Origin: Myxococcota bacterium
GTDB taxonomy: Bacteria; Myxococcota_A; UBA9160; UBA6930
DNA: 64,000 nt
Assembly: GCA_965223705.1 (NCBI GenBank)
Contig: OZ245015.1
Location: forward strand, 3,424,001-3,488,000
Direction of reading: 5' to 3'
The notes under the pieces were generated by a model. The model searched no databases and was not told the origin of the DNA. It saw nothing but the letters and a program-made list of their open reading frames with translations. A program made the translations under genes and the position numbers. Position 1 is the stretch's first letter, and each line of letters starts with the position of its first letter. Shown piece after piece: positions 47,024-57,405 of the stretch.

Positions 47024-48442
47024 ATGACCGCAGTCGAACTGAACGAGAAGATTCCCAACAACGTCGCGCTCTCCGAGGACCGACGGTTGCAGCGCGCCCT
47101 CGAGGCGTGGCAACCGAAGTTCCTCGACTGGTGGCGAGAGATGGGGCCGATGGGGTTCCTCGACAACGACGTGTACCTCCGAACAGCCATCAGCACCGAA
47201 CCCGGAGGTTGGGCCAACTTCGACTACGTCAAGATGCCCGACTATCGCTGGGGCATCTTCCTCGCCGATGCCGAGCCCGATCGCCGCATCGGCTTCGGAG
47301 ACGAGCTCGGGAAGCCGGTGTGGCAAGAAGTGCCCGGTGAGCACCGGGGAACGCTGCGGCGGCTCATCGTCACCCAGGGAGACACCGAGCCCGCGAGCGT
47401 CGAGCAACAGCGAAGGCTCGGGCAGACTTGTCCGAGCCTCTACGACCTGCGCAACCTGTTCCAAGTGAACGTCGAGGAGGGGCGGCACCTCTGGGCCATG
47501 GTCTACCTCCTCCACACGTATTTCGGCCGCGATGGACGCGAAGAAGCGGAAACCTTGGTCGAGCGACGCAGCGGCGACATCGACAACCCGAGAATCCTGG
47601 GCGCCTTCAACGCGCCGATCGACGACTGGCTTTCCTTCTTCATGTTCACCTACTTCACAGACCGCGACGGGAAGTACCAGCTGCTGGCGCTCGCCGAGAG
47701 CGCTTTCGACCCGCTGTCGAGAACGACTCGTTTCATGCTGACCGAAGAAGCGCACCATATGTTTGTGGGAGAAACCGGGGTCCAGCGCATTGTCGAACGG
47801 ACGGCTGAAGTCCTGCAGGAGAATCCCGATGCCGACCTCCACGCGATGGGTTGTCTCGATCTGCCTCTTCTGCAGCGCTACATGAACTTCTGGTATTCGA
47901 TCTCGCTCGACTTGTTCGGTGGCGAGGTGTCGAGCAATGCCGCCGCGTATTTCGCGTCGGGTATCAAGGGACGCGCCTACGAAGAGCGCTTTGAGGATCA
48001 CGTCGCGCTCGACGCGACGCACCGAATCGCTGTGCCCGAAGGCGGGGGCCTTGTCGACCGAGATGTCCCCTTGCGCAACGCGATGAACGAAGTCTTGCGC
48101 GACGCCTATGCCGAGGATTCCGCACGCGGCGTCGCGAAGTGGAACCGCGTTCTCGAGCGAAACGGAATCGACTATCGGTTCACGCTCCCCTCGACGCGCT
48201 TCAATCGCAAACAGGGCCTCTACGCGGACTTCTTTTTCACGCCGGAAGGCGAACCCACGAGTGAAGAAGCCTGGCAAGCCCAGCGCGACGCGTGGTTGCC
48301 CACGGAATCGGACTACGCGTACGTTCGAAGCATCATGCAGAAGCCGGTGACAGAGCCGGGGCAAATGGCGAACTGGATCGCTCCTCCGAAGAGTGGCATC
48401 AAAGGACGGCCGGTCGACTACGAGTACGTGCGGTTCGAGTAA
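47024..48442 (+). CDS. boxB: Benzoyl-CoA 2,3-epoxidase subunit B (diiron)
   Basis: 'IPNNV', 'QGDTEPASVEQQR', diiron ExxH motifs 'EEGRH' and 'EEAHH', 'GQMANWIAPP'. Confidence 0.96.
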   Translation: MTAVELNEKIPNNVALSEDRRLQRALEAWQPKFLDWWREMGPMGFLDNDVYLRTAISTEPGGWANFDYVKMPDYRWGIFLADAEPDRRIGFGDELGKPVWQEVPGEHRGTLRRLIVTQGDTEPASVEQQRRLGQTCPSLYDLRNLFQVNVEEGRHLWAMVYLLHTYFGRDGREEAETLVERRSGDIDNPRILGAFNAPIDDWLSFFMFTYFTDRDGKYQLLALAESAFDPLSRTTRFMLTEEAHHMFVGETGVQRIVERTAEVLQENPDADLHAMGCLDLPLLQRYMNFWYSISLDLFGGEVSSNAAAYFASGIKGRAYEERFEDHVALDATHRIAVPEGGGLVDRDVPLRNAMNEVLRDAYAEDSARGVAKWNRVLERNGIDYRFTLPSTRFNRKQGLYADFFFTPEGEPTSEEAWQAQRDAWLPTESDYAYVRSIMQKPVTEPGQMANWIAPPKSGIKGRPVDYEYVRFE

Positions 48443-48458
48443 GACGGAGGAAACGGCC

Positions 48459-48857
48459 ATCGAGCTACACCACCGATCGGGCCAGGTGGCATCCGAGCAC
48501 CTCGACGCCGCGGTCGAGCTATTCACCGAGATTCTCGATCTCAAGGAGATCTTTCGTCTCCCCGGCACCTCCTTTCTTCAGGCCGAGACGGGTTCCGTCG
48601 CCATCCAGCTGATCGCAAGACCGGCCCTACGCGCTCAGGAGAAGAAGCAGCTGTCGCATGTGGGATTCGTCTCGGACAACCCCGAGCGGGACCGCGAACG
48701 CATTCGCGAGTTTCTCGCGTCGCGGGGCTTCGTAACCACCCTCGGCCAGTGGTCTCCGCGGGAGCTCTGGGTCGACGCGCCGGAGATCTTCTACGACTTC
48801 GTCATTGAGGTGTTTGACCGCACGCTTCTGGAAGAAGTGATGCGCTCGGCCACGTAG
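48459..48857 (+). CDS. VOC/glyoxalase-fold-like protein, probable ATC start
   Basis: 'IELHH', 'AVELFTEILDL', 'IQL', 'SHVGFVS', 'FVIEV'. GGAGG at 48446 lies 8 nt before an in-frame ATC. Confidence 0.65.
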   Translation: MELHHRSGQVASEHLDAAVELFTEILDLKEIFRLPGTSFLQAETGSVAIQLIARPALRAQEKKQLSHVGFVSDNPERDRERIREFLASRGFVTTLGQWSPRELWVDAPEIFYDFVIEVFDRTLLEEVMRSAT

Positions 48858-48867
48858 CACGACGCGC

Positions 48868-51033
48868 TCAACCCGCTTCTACGGTGATCGGGAGTGCGCT
48901 GAACGCCGCGGTCCCCGTGAGCGGATCGATCCGCTGATCGTCGTTTAGCGCATTCACGTTGGCTCCGGGCTGGAGCGACTCCGCTACCGAAAGGCGAGCG
49001 CCTCGTCCGTCGTGCCCGAATCCGTGGGGAAGGCTCACCACGCCGGGCATCATCTCATCGCTGATCTCGAGCGGCGCTTTGACCCGCCCTACCCTTGAAG
49101 CCACCCATACGTCTTTCCCGGCCTCGAGACCCAAACGCTGCGCGTCGATCGGATTCATGTAGAGGGTGCAGCGCGCCTTGCCCTTCGCGAACGCGGGAAG
49201 GTTATGGAACCACGAGTTGTTCGAACGCATTTGTCGTCGTCCGACCATGACGAGCGGGGGTCGCGACTCGGCGAGCTTCTCGTGAAGACGCGGGAGGTCG
49301 GCGAGCATGGCGTCGGGAGCGAGATCGATCTTTGCATCGCCCGTGGCGAGCCGCTCCGGAAGCGCTGTCGTGAGCGGCCCGAGATCGATCCCGTGCGGTG
49401 ACTGACGTAGCTTCGCGAGCGACATGTCCTCGGTCGCGGCATGCGGACCACTGCGGAGCATCAGATCGAGGAGCTGCTGCGGCAAGCTCTCGTCGCTGGA
49501 AACCGAGTTCGGGTCAACTCGACGGCTCTTCGCCATGCCCGCGAGAAGCTCGGTTTCGAGTTGCGCGACAGATTCACCGCGGAGTCGCGACGCGAGTTCA
49601 AGGGAGACCTGCCAGGGATGAAGAAGCCCGGGTTCGGGATCGAGGACCGGCGGGCAGTACTTGGCGAAGTTCCGGACGGCCTGGGCGTGAAAGGCGAGTC
49701 CGTAGTTCTCGCGCACGAGGCCTGTTGTCGTGGGCAAAACGACGTCTGCGTGCCGAGTCGTCTCGTTCAGGTAGAGATCGATCGAGACCATAAACTCGAG
49801 ATCGCGCAAGGCTTCGTCGAGGCGTGTCGCGTTGGGCGTAGAGAGCACGGGATTACCCGCGATAGTCAGCAAACCGCGCACTTGCTCTGGCCCCGGCGTA
49901 TCGATTTCCTCGGCGAGAGCCGCCACCGGAAGCTCGCCGGCGAACTCCGGCAACCCGCGCACGCGGCTAGTCCAGCGGCCTAAAGGCACGGGGCGCGAGG
50001 AAACGCGGTTCGAATCGTGGGCCGTGAGCGGGAACATGGCGCCACCCGCTTCGTCGAGGTTGCCTGTCACGGCGTTGAGCGCGTCGACGAGCCAGCTGGC
50101 CAAGCTGCCGAACGATTGTGTTGTGGTGCCCATCCTTCCGTAGCAAACCGCGCGTCGCGCCCCGGCGAACTGCCGGGCGATGTCCCGAATCGTCGCTGGG
50201 GCGATTCCCGTGACGGCTTCGACGCTCTCCGGTGCGAAGGAGCGAGCGGCTTCCTCGAGCGCTTCGATTCCGCGCAGAGAACCGGCGAGTCGTCCCGGTG
50301 CGGCGAGCCCCTCATCGAAAACGGTGTGGAGGGCGGCGAGCAGGAAAAACGCGTCGCCGTCGGGTCGCAGGAAATGATGCTCGTCCGCTACCGCGGCGGT
50401 TTCGCTGCGGCGTGGATCGAGGACGACGAGTCGTCCGCCGCGTTCGCGCAGTGCGCGAAGCCGGCCGGGGAAGTCCGGTGCCGTCATCAAGCTCCCGTTC
50501 GACACGAGAGGGTTGGCACCGAGCACCAAGAAGAAGTCGGTGCGGTCGATGTCAGGAACCGCCAGCATCGAGGGACTTCCGAACATGAGACCCGAGCTCA
50601 GCATCTTGGGGAGTTGATCCACGCTCGTGGCGGAGAAGCGCCACTTCGTTCCCAACGCGCGCTGCAGGGTAGGGTTGACCAGCATCGAGGCATAGTCGTG
50701 GATGTTGGGGTTTCCCAAGTAGGTCGCGACAGCGTTCGCGCCGTGGGTGACGCGCACGCGGAGAAGTCCCTCCGCTGCGCGGTCGAGGGCCTCCTCCATC
50801 GAGACCTCTCGGAACTCACCATCGATCTTCACCAACGGACGGCGGAGACGGTCCGGATCCTCATCGAGCCCCTTGAGGGCGTAGGCCTTGGGGCAGATGT
50901 AGCCCCGGCTCAGCGGGTCGTTCGCGTCGCCGCGAACGGTGATGACACGCCGTGCCGATCGATCGACCTCGACGGCGATTCCGCAGTGCGCTTCGCAAAA
51001 CGAACAACTTCGATGGACGATTTCCGTGGTCAT
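48868..51033 (-). CDS. Molybdopterin-dependent oxidoreductase with N-terminal 4Fe-4S cluster
   Basis: 'CSFCEAHCG...GYICPK', 'GANPLVSNGS', 'AGNPVLS', 'DLYLNETT..ADVVLP', 'RRQMRSNNSW'. No Tat signal. Confidence 0.92.
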   Translation of the reverse strand: MTTEIVHRSCSFCEAHCGIAVEVDRSARRVITVRGDANDPLSRGYICPKAYALKGLDEDPDRLRRPLVKIDGEFREVSMEEALDRAAEGLLRVRVTHGANAVATYLGNPNIHDYASMLVNPTLQRALGTKWRFSATSVDQLPKMLSSGLMFGSPSMLAVPDIDRTDFFLVLGANPLVSNGSLMTAPDFPGRLRALRERGGRLVVLDPRRSETAAVADEHHFLRPDGDAFFLLAALHTVFDEGLAAPGRLAGSLRGIEALEEAARSFAPESVEAVTGIAPATIRDIARQFAGARRAVCYGRMGTTTQSFGSLASWLVDALNAVTGNLDEAGGAMFPLTAHDSNRVSSRPVPLGRWTSRVRGLPEFAGELPVAALAEEIDTPGPEQVRGLLTIAGNPVLSTPNATRLDEALRDLEFMVSIDLYLNETTRHADVVLPTTTGLVRENYGLAFHAQAVRNFAKYCPPVLDPEPGLLHPWQVSLELASRLRGESVAQLETELLAGMAKSRRVDPNSVSSDESLPQQLLDLMLRSGPHAATEDMSLAKLRQSPHGIDLGPLTTALPERLATGDAKIDLAPDAMLADLPRLHEKLAESRPPLVMVGRRQMRSNNSWFHNLPAFAKGKARCTLYMNPIDAQRLGLEAGKDVWVASRVGRVKAPLEISDEMMPGVVSLPHGFGHDGRGARLSVAESLQPGANVNALNDDQRIDPLTGTAAFSALPITVEAG

Positions 51034-51044
51034 AGTCGGCCCCT

Positions 51045-53015
51045 TCAAGCTCCGGCCCCGTTCCAATGCGCGGCAGATCGTCGCTTCATCATCGCGCGGA
51101 AGTCCCGAGTCGTGTCGGGGAGAAGCTCACCGGTACCCCAGTCGACGATGACACCGTACTGGCGCACCAGATCGAACTCGTCGAGTTCGCCGCGGCGAAA
51201 ACGCCCGGCGACCGCCTCGGGATCCTCATCGAGCCAGCCCGAACGCGCGCCGGCGATCCGCTGACGCTCCTCGCGGGTCGCGTCTTCGTCCACGTCGTAT
51301 TCGGCGAGGTCTTCGTCGATGGTGCGGATCACAACGCCGTAGTCCTTGCGCGCGCGATCGATCGAGACGTAACCGTCGGCGACGTCGTCACAAACGCGCG
51401 CAGGATCTCGAAGCAGAGGATCGCCGTAGCCTCCGCCGCCGGCGGTTCCGCGTCGGAACCGGTCGCCCTGCCCGACAGGCACGTCGGAGAACACCGCTCC
51501 GAGGAACTTGTCCTCTCCGTTCCGCTCGAGCCATAGTCCGTGCGGGCGCGCGGGGAGCCCCCCCTCGATCCCCCAGACCACCGAGCGCTCCCGGTCGCAG
51601 AAATACGAGATCACCGTCCCGTCGGACTCGAGAAGCGTGCTGTCCTTGTCGGCGCCGACACCGCCCCGGTAGCGGCCCGGACCCGCGCTGTCCGTCACGA
51701 TCTCGAAGCGGTCCGTCCGGATCGGACACAGGCGTTCTTGACCTTCGACCGGTTGAATCATCAGGCCGACACCGAAACACGAGGCCGTGACACTGTGACC
51801 GTCTCGGCCGTTACGGCCACCCCACCCTCCCGAGAGCCAGTCGTAGAGCATGAAATACGGCTTGCCATCGGTGCGCTGATCGAACCCGCCTGTCTGCAGA
51901 TATTCGAGATTGAACGCACAAGCCATGGCGCGCTCCGGCATGATTCCCGACCACAGCTCGAACGCGCAGTTCATGATCTTCTCGAAGACCATCACGAAGC
52001 CCGTGACGGCTACGGGCCACCGGGCGCTCACGATGCTGTCTTCGGGCGCCACGACATCCACGACGCGGTAGAAGCCGGAGTTGAGCGGCACATCCGGAAA
52101 GAACGTCTTGATCCCCGAGATGACGGCGGCGTAGGTCGCGCCAAAGGCGGAGTTGTAGAGACAGTTGATCGTCGGCGAGGAACCCTCGAAATCGACGACC
52201 ACCTGATCACCGCGAATGGTCATCTTCAGACGGATCGGGATCATGCCCTCTTCGGCCGTCGGATCCTGATCGACGTAATCGATCGTCTCCCAGCTGCCGT
52301 CGGGAATTTCGGAGATGCGCTGACGCACCACGCGCTCGACGTAATCCTGCACCTCCGCCATCGCAGCGACGACGACGTCGCGCCCGTACTTGTCGACCAG
52401 GCGCAGGATCTCCCGCTCGGCGAGACGACAAGCTTCGGTCTGGGCCTCCATGTCGCCGAGAATCGCATCGGGATCGCGGGTGTTCTTCGCGATGAGCTTC
52501 GCCACGTCGGGGCGGCGTTCTCCCTTTCCCCAGATCCGTACCGGGGGAATACGGATGCCCTCCTTGAACATGTCCTTCGCCGTGACGTCGAACGATCCCG
52601 GGACACTGCCGCCCATGTCGGCCCAATGACCGTTGGCCTGTGTCCAGGCGATGAGTTCGCCTTCTGAGAAGACCGGCAACACGACGCGCGTATCGCTGAA
52701 GTGTGTACCTCCGACGTAGGGGTCGTTCACGAGGAACACATCGCCGGGATGGATATCGCCCGCAAACTCCTCGATGACCGCCTTGCAGGTGTAGTGGAGC
52801 GTTCCCACGTGGGCGGCGAGGTCCTGATTGCCCTGTGCAACGGTGTTTCCCTCGGCGTCGCACAATGCGTTCGAGAAGTCGCGGTTGTAGACGACGAAGG
52901 AGTAGCAAGTTCGTCGCACCTGCTCGGCCATCTCGTCGACGACCGTGACAAAGGCGTTGCGAAGGACTTCGAACGTGACCGGGTCGAGGCCGTCGGCATG
53001 GTTCGCGTTCATCAT
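51045..53015 (-). CDS. Hydantoinase B / 5-oxoprolinase-family subunit
   Basis: 'DPVTFEVL', 'RDFS', 'PGDVFLVNDPY.GGTH..D', 'HWADMGG.VPGS', 'GGGGYGDP'. Confidence 0.93.
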   Translation of the reverse strand: MMNANHADGLDPVTFEVLRNAFVTVVDEMAEQVRRTCYSFVVYNRDFSNALCDAEGNTVAQGNQDLAAHVGTLHYTCKAVIEEFAGDIHPGDVFLVNDPYVGGTHFSDTRVVLPVFSEGELIAWTQANGHWADMGGSVPGSFDVTAKDMFKEGIRIPPVRIWGKGERRPDVAKLIAKNTRDPDAILGDMEAQTEACRLAEREILRLVDKYGRDVVVAAMAEVQDYVERVVRQRISEIPDGSWETIDYVDQDPTAEEGMIPIRLKMTIRGDQVVVDFEGSSPTINCLYNSAFGATYAAVISGIKTFFPDVPLNSGFYRVVDVVAPEDSIVSARWPVAVTGFVMVFEKIMNCAFELWSGIMPERAMACAFNLEYLQTGGFDQRTDGKPYFMLYDWLSGGWGGRNGRDGHSVTASCFGVGLMIQPVEGQERLCPIRTDRFEIVTDSAGPGRYRGGVGADKDSTLLESDGTVISYFCDRERSVVWGIEGGLPARPHGLWLERNGEDKFLGAVFSDVPVGQGDRFRRGTAGGGGYGDPLLRDPARVCDDVADGYVSIDRARKDYGVVIRTIDEDLAEYDVDEDATREERQRIAGARSGWLDEDPEAVAGRFRRGELDEFDLVRQYGVIVDWGTGELLPDTTRDFRAMMKRRSAAHWNGAGA

Positions 53016-55049
53016 GCACCCCCTACGTGGAGTCGAAGGTTTCCGTAGGTATCCACTTCTGCCCGGGCGTCGGGTGGCACCACCGTCGTCGTGTCGAGCT
53101 GCTCGATCACGGCGGGCCCTTCGATGAGCGAGCCTACCGTGAGCTCGGGACGCCAGAAGATCGGCGTCTCGAGCGCACCCTCTGCGTTGTCGAAGTGCAC
53201 GGGACGTTTGGTGCGCGGCGCGACGGCGCGGTGAATTGCGTCTCCGCGCGCGAGCTCCGCTTTCGGCGTCGTCCCGATTGCCGTGAGGTTCAGTCTGAAG
53301 ATCTCGATGGCTGCATCGTCACGCCGGAAGTTGTATTCGCGCTGGTGCGCCGCGCCGAAATCCTCCACCGCGGCACCGATCGAGCTGAGCGGAGACGATA
53401 CGGGCACGGCGATCGACCGCCACTGTCCCAAGTAGCGCATGTCGATCGAGCGTTGGAGAACAACGCGCTCGGGTGCAACCCCCTCGTGATCGAGTCGCTC
53501 TCGCGCTTCTCGCTCGAGCCCCGCGAAGGCCGACTCCAGTGCGTCGGCGTCGGCTTCGTCCGTTCCGACGAGGTAGGTCAGCGCCAGGTCGTGTCGAATG
53601 TCGACGAGGAGGCATCCGAGGGCTGAGGTCACCCCCGGATAAGGAGGCACGATCACCGTCGGGATCGCGAGCTCTCGCGCCAGGTCGGCACCGTGTAGAG
53701 CCCCGGCGCCGCCGAACGCCAAGAGCGCGAAGTCGCGCGGATCGTGGCCTCGCATGATCGAGACCAGACGGACGGCATCGGCCATGTTGGCGTTAGATAC
53801 ACGCAAGATGGCACGCGCTGCCTCGTAGGGATCGAGGCCCAGCGGCTGCGCGATTTGCTCGCGAATGGTGCGCTCGGCCGCCTCTCGGTCGAGGACGAGG
53901 TCACCGCCGACGAGCTCGGTCCCCAAGCGCCCGAGCAACAAGTTCGCGTCGGTGTTGGTGGGCAACTCTCCGCCACGCCGGTAGCACGCCGGTCCAGGTT
54001 GCGAACCTGCGGATTGCGGACCACTGCGCAACGACCCTGCCTCATCAATTCCAGGCGATCGAGCCGCCACCGGCGCCGATCGTCTTAACGTCGATGCTCG
54101 GAAAGCAGATCGGCGAGCCGTACTCGATGTACCAATCGCGCGTGATCGTCGACTCGCGGTCCAGCACGATCGACACGTCGCAGCTCGTGCCGCCCATATC
54201 GAGACCGATGGTGTTGTCGAAACCGCAGAGATTGCCGATGTGTCGACTCGCGATCGCTCCGGCGGCGATTCCCGAACCGGCGAGGCGACCGGCGTGCTCC
54301 TCGGCGGTTTGCGGCGTCATCACGCCGCCTCCGCTGTGGAGGAGCAACAAGTCGCTCTGGTAGCCGCGATCCTTGAGCGCTTCGTTGAAGCGCAACGCGT
54401 ATTCGCCCACCACGGGCCGGAGTGCGGCATTCACCAACGTCGTGGAAAAGCGCTCGTGCTCGAAGATCTCGGGCAGCACCTCGGAAGAAGTCGAAATCGT
54501 GACCCCGGGTAGCTCCTCCTCCAGGATGGCCTTCATTTGCTTCTCGTTCTCGGGGTTCGCGAAGGCGTTGATGAAGCACACGGCGACGGTCTCGATTCCG
54601 CGTTTGCGGAGAATGCGGGCCACCTCACGCGCACCCGTCTCGTCAAGCGGCGTTACGATCTTTCCGAACGTGTCGACACGCTCGTTCACCGTGAGCCGAT
54701 CTCGGCGTCGCACGTAGGGCGCCGGATTGTCCTGGTACGCGTCCCACAAGTCTTCTTTCGTCGAACGAGCGATCTCGATCACATCGCGGAAGCCGCTCGT
54801 GACGACCATCGCCGTGCGCGGGAGACGGCGCGTAATGAGCGCGTTGGTCGCCACCGTAGTCCCGTGAGAAAAAAGGGTGACCTCGGCAAGCGAGACCCCG
54901 GCTTTCTCGAGCGATTCGAGCGCCCCCTCAATCGGGTCATCGGGCGTACTCGGCACTTTTCCGATGCGGATCTCGCCGGTCCGCTCATCGAGGATGCATA
55001 AGTCAGTGAAGGTTCCGCCGATATCGACGGCGACACGGAGATGCGTCAC
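53012..55049 (-). pseudogene. Hydantoinase A / oxoprolinase ATP-binding subunit with a 1-nt frameshift near 54050
   Basis: The first ORF ('DIGGTFTD', 'HGTTVATN', 'DMGGTS') ends 'GAGGGSIAW-N*' and the second continues 'IDEAGSLRSGPQSAG'. Removing one A restores 'AWIDE'. Confidence 0.85.
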
Positions 55050-55132
55050 AGGGATCCTCCTCGGACGGGGACTGAGCGAAGTGGCCAGGATATCTGGTTG
55101 TTCGTACCGGTAGCAACGCGTACTCTCGAGCC

Positions 55133-56509
55133 ATGAATGCGAGCTTCGAGCTGGTCGAAGGAGCGTTCGGCCTGCGCCTCGGGGACGGCGACCTCGACGC
55201 CGTCCGCAGGCTCCTACTCGATCACATTGGGGTGGCCGCCCGGGGCGCGGAACGCCCGAGCGCGCGGGCGGCTCAAGAACTTGCGCGAGCCGCCCCTTCT
55301 ACAGGCCCTTCCCTTCCCATCATCGGATCAAGACAACAGGCGGGAGCGCTCGCGGCTTGCTTCGCGAACGCGGTGGCCGGCCATTCGATCGAATACGACG
55401 ACGTTCACAACAGCTCCTCGACGCACCCCGGAGTCGTGGTGTTTCCGGCGAGCTTGGCAGCGCAGTCCTTTGCAGACTGTGACGAAGACACCTTCCTCCA
55501 AGCCGTGCTGGTCGGCTACGAGGTGATGTGCCGCGTCGGTCGCGCCGCCCGTCCGAGCGTTCAGTACGAGCGCCACTTCCATCCCACAGGAACCTGCGGC
55601 GGCCTTGGGGCAGCGGCGGCCGCTTCGCGATTGCTCGGTCTGTCCATACCCGAAACGGTCTCGGCGCTCGGCCTCGCGGCCACGGTTGCGGGAGGCGGTA
55701 TGCGCTTCGCCGCGGATGGTTCCTCGACCAAGCACTTGAATCCCGCCGCGGCGGCGCGCGCCGGGGTCGAGGCGGCGCTTCTCGCGCGGGCGGGGGCCTT
55801 TGGCGGGGAGGATCCCGTCGCCGGCGCCCGCGGTTTCCTCGAGACCTATTCCGATCGCGTCGACGCGGATCGCCTACTGAACGGGTTGGGTGCGGGTCCT
55901 TCCGAGCTTTCGACGACGAGCGTGAAGGCGCACACCTGCTGCCGCTACAACCAGGGGCCCATCGATTGCCTGCTCGAGATCCGCAACCGCGAGCGTCTCA
56001 GGGCGGGCGACGTCGCGCAGGTGCGGCTCGGCCTGATGAGTGCAGCCGTCGACATCGTGGCGCGCCCGGAATCGCAAAAGCGGAATCCGCAGACCGTCGT
56101 CGACGCGCAGTTCAGTTTGCCCTTCGGCGCGGCCGTCGCTCTAGCCGACGGGTGCGCCGGTCTCGCCCAGCACGATGTCGATCGCCTTGGGGATCCCCAG
56201 CTGAAAGACCTGATGGAAAGAGTCGAGTGTGTCGTCGATCCCGAACTCGATCGGACCTACCCGGAGCAATGGGCTGCTTGGGCGCGAGTGACGACAAAGG
56301 CCGGCGAAACCTTCGGGGCAAGCACGGATTACCCCAAAGGCGACCCGGAGAACCCGCTCGATCGGGACGAGTTGCACGCAAAGTTCCGCGCTCTGACGGA
56401 GGGGATCTTCAGCGAGAAGCGCCGCGCGGAGATCTTCGCGTGTGTGGAACGCCTCCCCCATCCCGGCTCCCTGAAAGCCCTCCTCGAGCGACTTCAAACG
56501 GACGTTTGA
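55133..56509 (+). CDS. MmgE/PrpD family protein
   Basis: 'HSIEYDDVH...THPG', 'GYEV', 'FHPTG', 'KAHTCC', 'AQFSLP', 'PKGDPENP'. Confidence 0.92.
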   Translation: MNASFELVEGAFGLRLGDGDLDAVRRLLLDHIGVAARGAERPSARAAQELARAAPSTGPSLPIIGSRQQAGALAACFANAVAGHSIEYDDVHNSSSTHPGVVVFPASLAAQSFADCDEDTFLQAVLVGYEVMCRVGRAARPSVQYERHFHPTGTCGGLGAAAAASRLLGLSIPETVSALGLAATVAGGGMRFAADGSSTKHLNPAAAARAGVEAALLARAGAFGGEDPVAGARGFLETYSDRVDADRLLNGLGAGPSELSTTSVKAHTCCRYNQGPIDCLLEIRNRERLRAGDVAQVRLGLMSAAVDIVARPESQKRNPQTVVDAQFSLPFGAAVALADGCAGLAQHDVDRLGDPQLKDLMERVECVVDPELDRTYPEQWAAWARVTTKAGETFGASTDYPKGDPENPLDRDELHAKFRALTEGIFSEKRRAEIFACVERLPHPGSLKALLERLQTDV

Positions 56510-56876
56510 GCGTGCGATCCTCGTAGGGGCTGGATGGGCCGCAGCGCTGAAGAAGGAAATGATGGCTGCTCCCGACCGCTCTCTTCCCCAAGGCTTCTGA
56601 ATGGCCGGCAATTGGGCGAGATGACGCCGCGGAGGAGCTCATTCTCAAGTTGATGCGCACCTCCGCGGAGGTGATCCTGGTCCTCTCACCAGATCTGGCC
56701 AACAGCGCCGAACCGGTCCGTCTGTCAGATGCGTCTCGACATGCCACCTGCCCAAACCGCGGCGCAGCCCTCGCGTGTGACGCAGGCTCCCGAGAAAACT
56801 ACGTAAGAATCGGCGCCGCCGCCGCGTCTCACGCATGAACCCAGGGGCCGCAGCCCCGCAAGTTGGAGTGATGATC

Positions 56877-57329
56877 ATGAAACGCACCCTCTGCCTGGTC
56901 ACGCTTACGGTTGCGCTTGTGGCGCTCCCGTTCGCGAGCATCGCCGCATTCGAGTACAGCACACCGGGAGTCTCGGGCTATGACCTCGTCTCGTTTCACA
57001 CGGGCGAAAAGCCCCAGCGCGGAAACGGCAATCACAAGGCGACCCACGACGGCGTCGACTACCTGTTCGTGAACGAGGCCAACAAGAAAACCTTCGAGCG
57101 GAATCCCGAGCGGTACCTGCCGGCTTACGGAGGCTACTGCGCCTACGGCGTTTCCGTGAAGAAGAAGTTCGTCGGCGATCCCGACGTCTGGCGAATCGTC
57201 GACGGGCGCCTGTACCTGAATCTCGACACGAAGATTCAGAACACGTGGTCCAAGGACATCAAGGGCAATATCCGCAAGTCCGAGGCCAACTGGCCGAAGA
57301 TCGAGCATGCGGATCCGGCCGCACTGTAG
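56877..57329 (+). CDS. Exported YHS-domain protein (Cys form of a family with Sec members)
   Basis: Signal peptide, 'GYDLVSF', 'F..NPERYLPAYGGYCAYG', 'DP..WRIVDGRLYLN', 'NWP'. Confidence 0.88.
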   Translation: MKRTLCLVTLTVALVALPFASIAAFEYSTPGVSGYDLVSFHTGEKPQRGNGNHKATHDGVDYLFVNEANKKTFERNPERYLPAYGGYCAYGVSVKKKFVGDPDVWRIVDGRLYLNLDTKIQNTWSKDIKGNIRKSEANWPKIEHADPAAL

Positions 57330-57405
57330 TCGGCCGCGGGAGCGGGGCCATCCCTCCGGCCCTGCTCCCCCTGCTTCCCCGACAAACGCGACCTACGCTG
57401 CCCCG

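Noticed and set aside
46997..48568. 523-aa ORF opposite boxB
   Set aside because: Antisense shadow of a clearly conserved gene.
54042..54047. TGA TGA in hydantoinase A as possible Sec or programmed recoding
   Set aside because: The continuation is in another frame, no Cys aligns here and there is no slippery sequence.
56510..56870. Intergenic region with a perfect 16-bp palindrome (CACCTCCGCGGAGGTG, 56658-56673) and an 'ILVGAGWAA' Rossmann-like peptide
   Set aside because: No start codon or extended similarity for the peptide, and the GC-rich palindrome could be chance. Unresolved.
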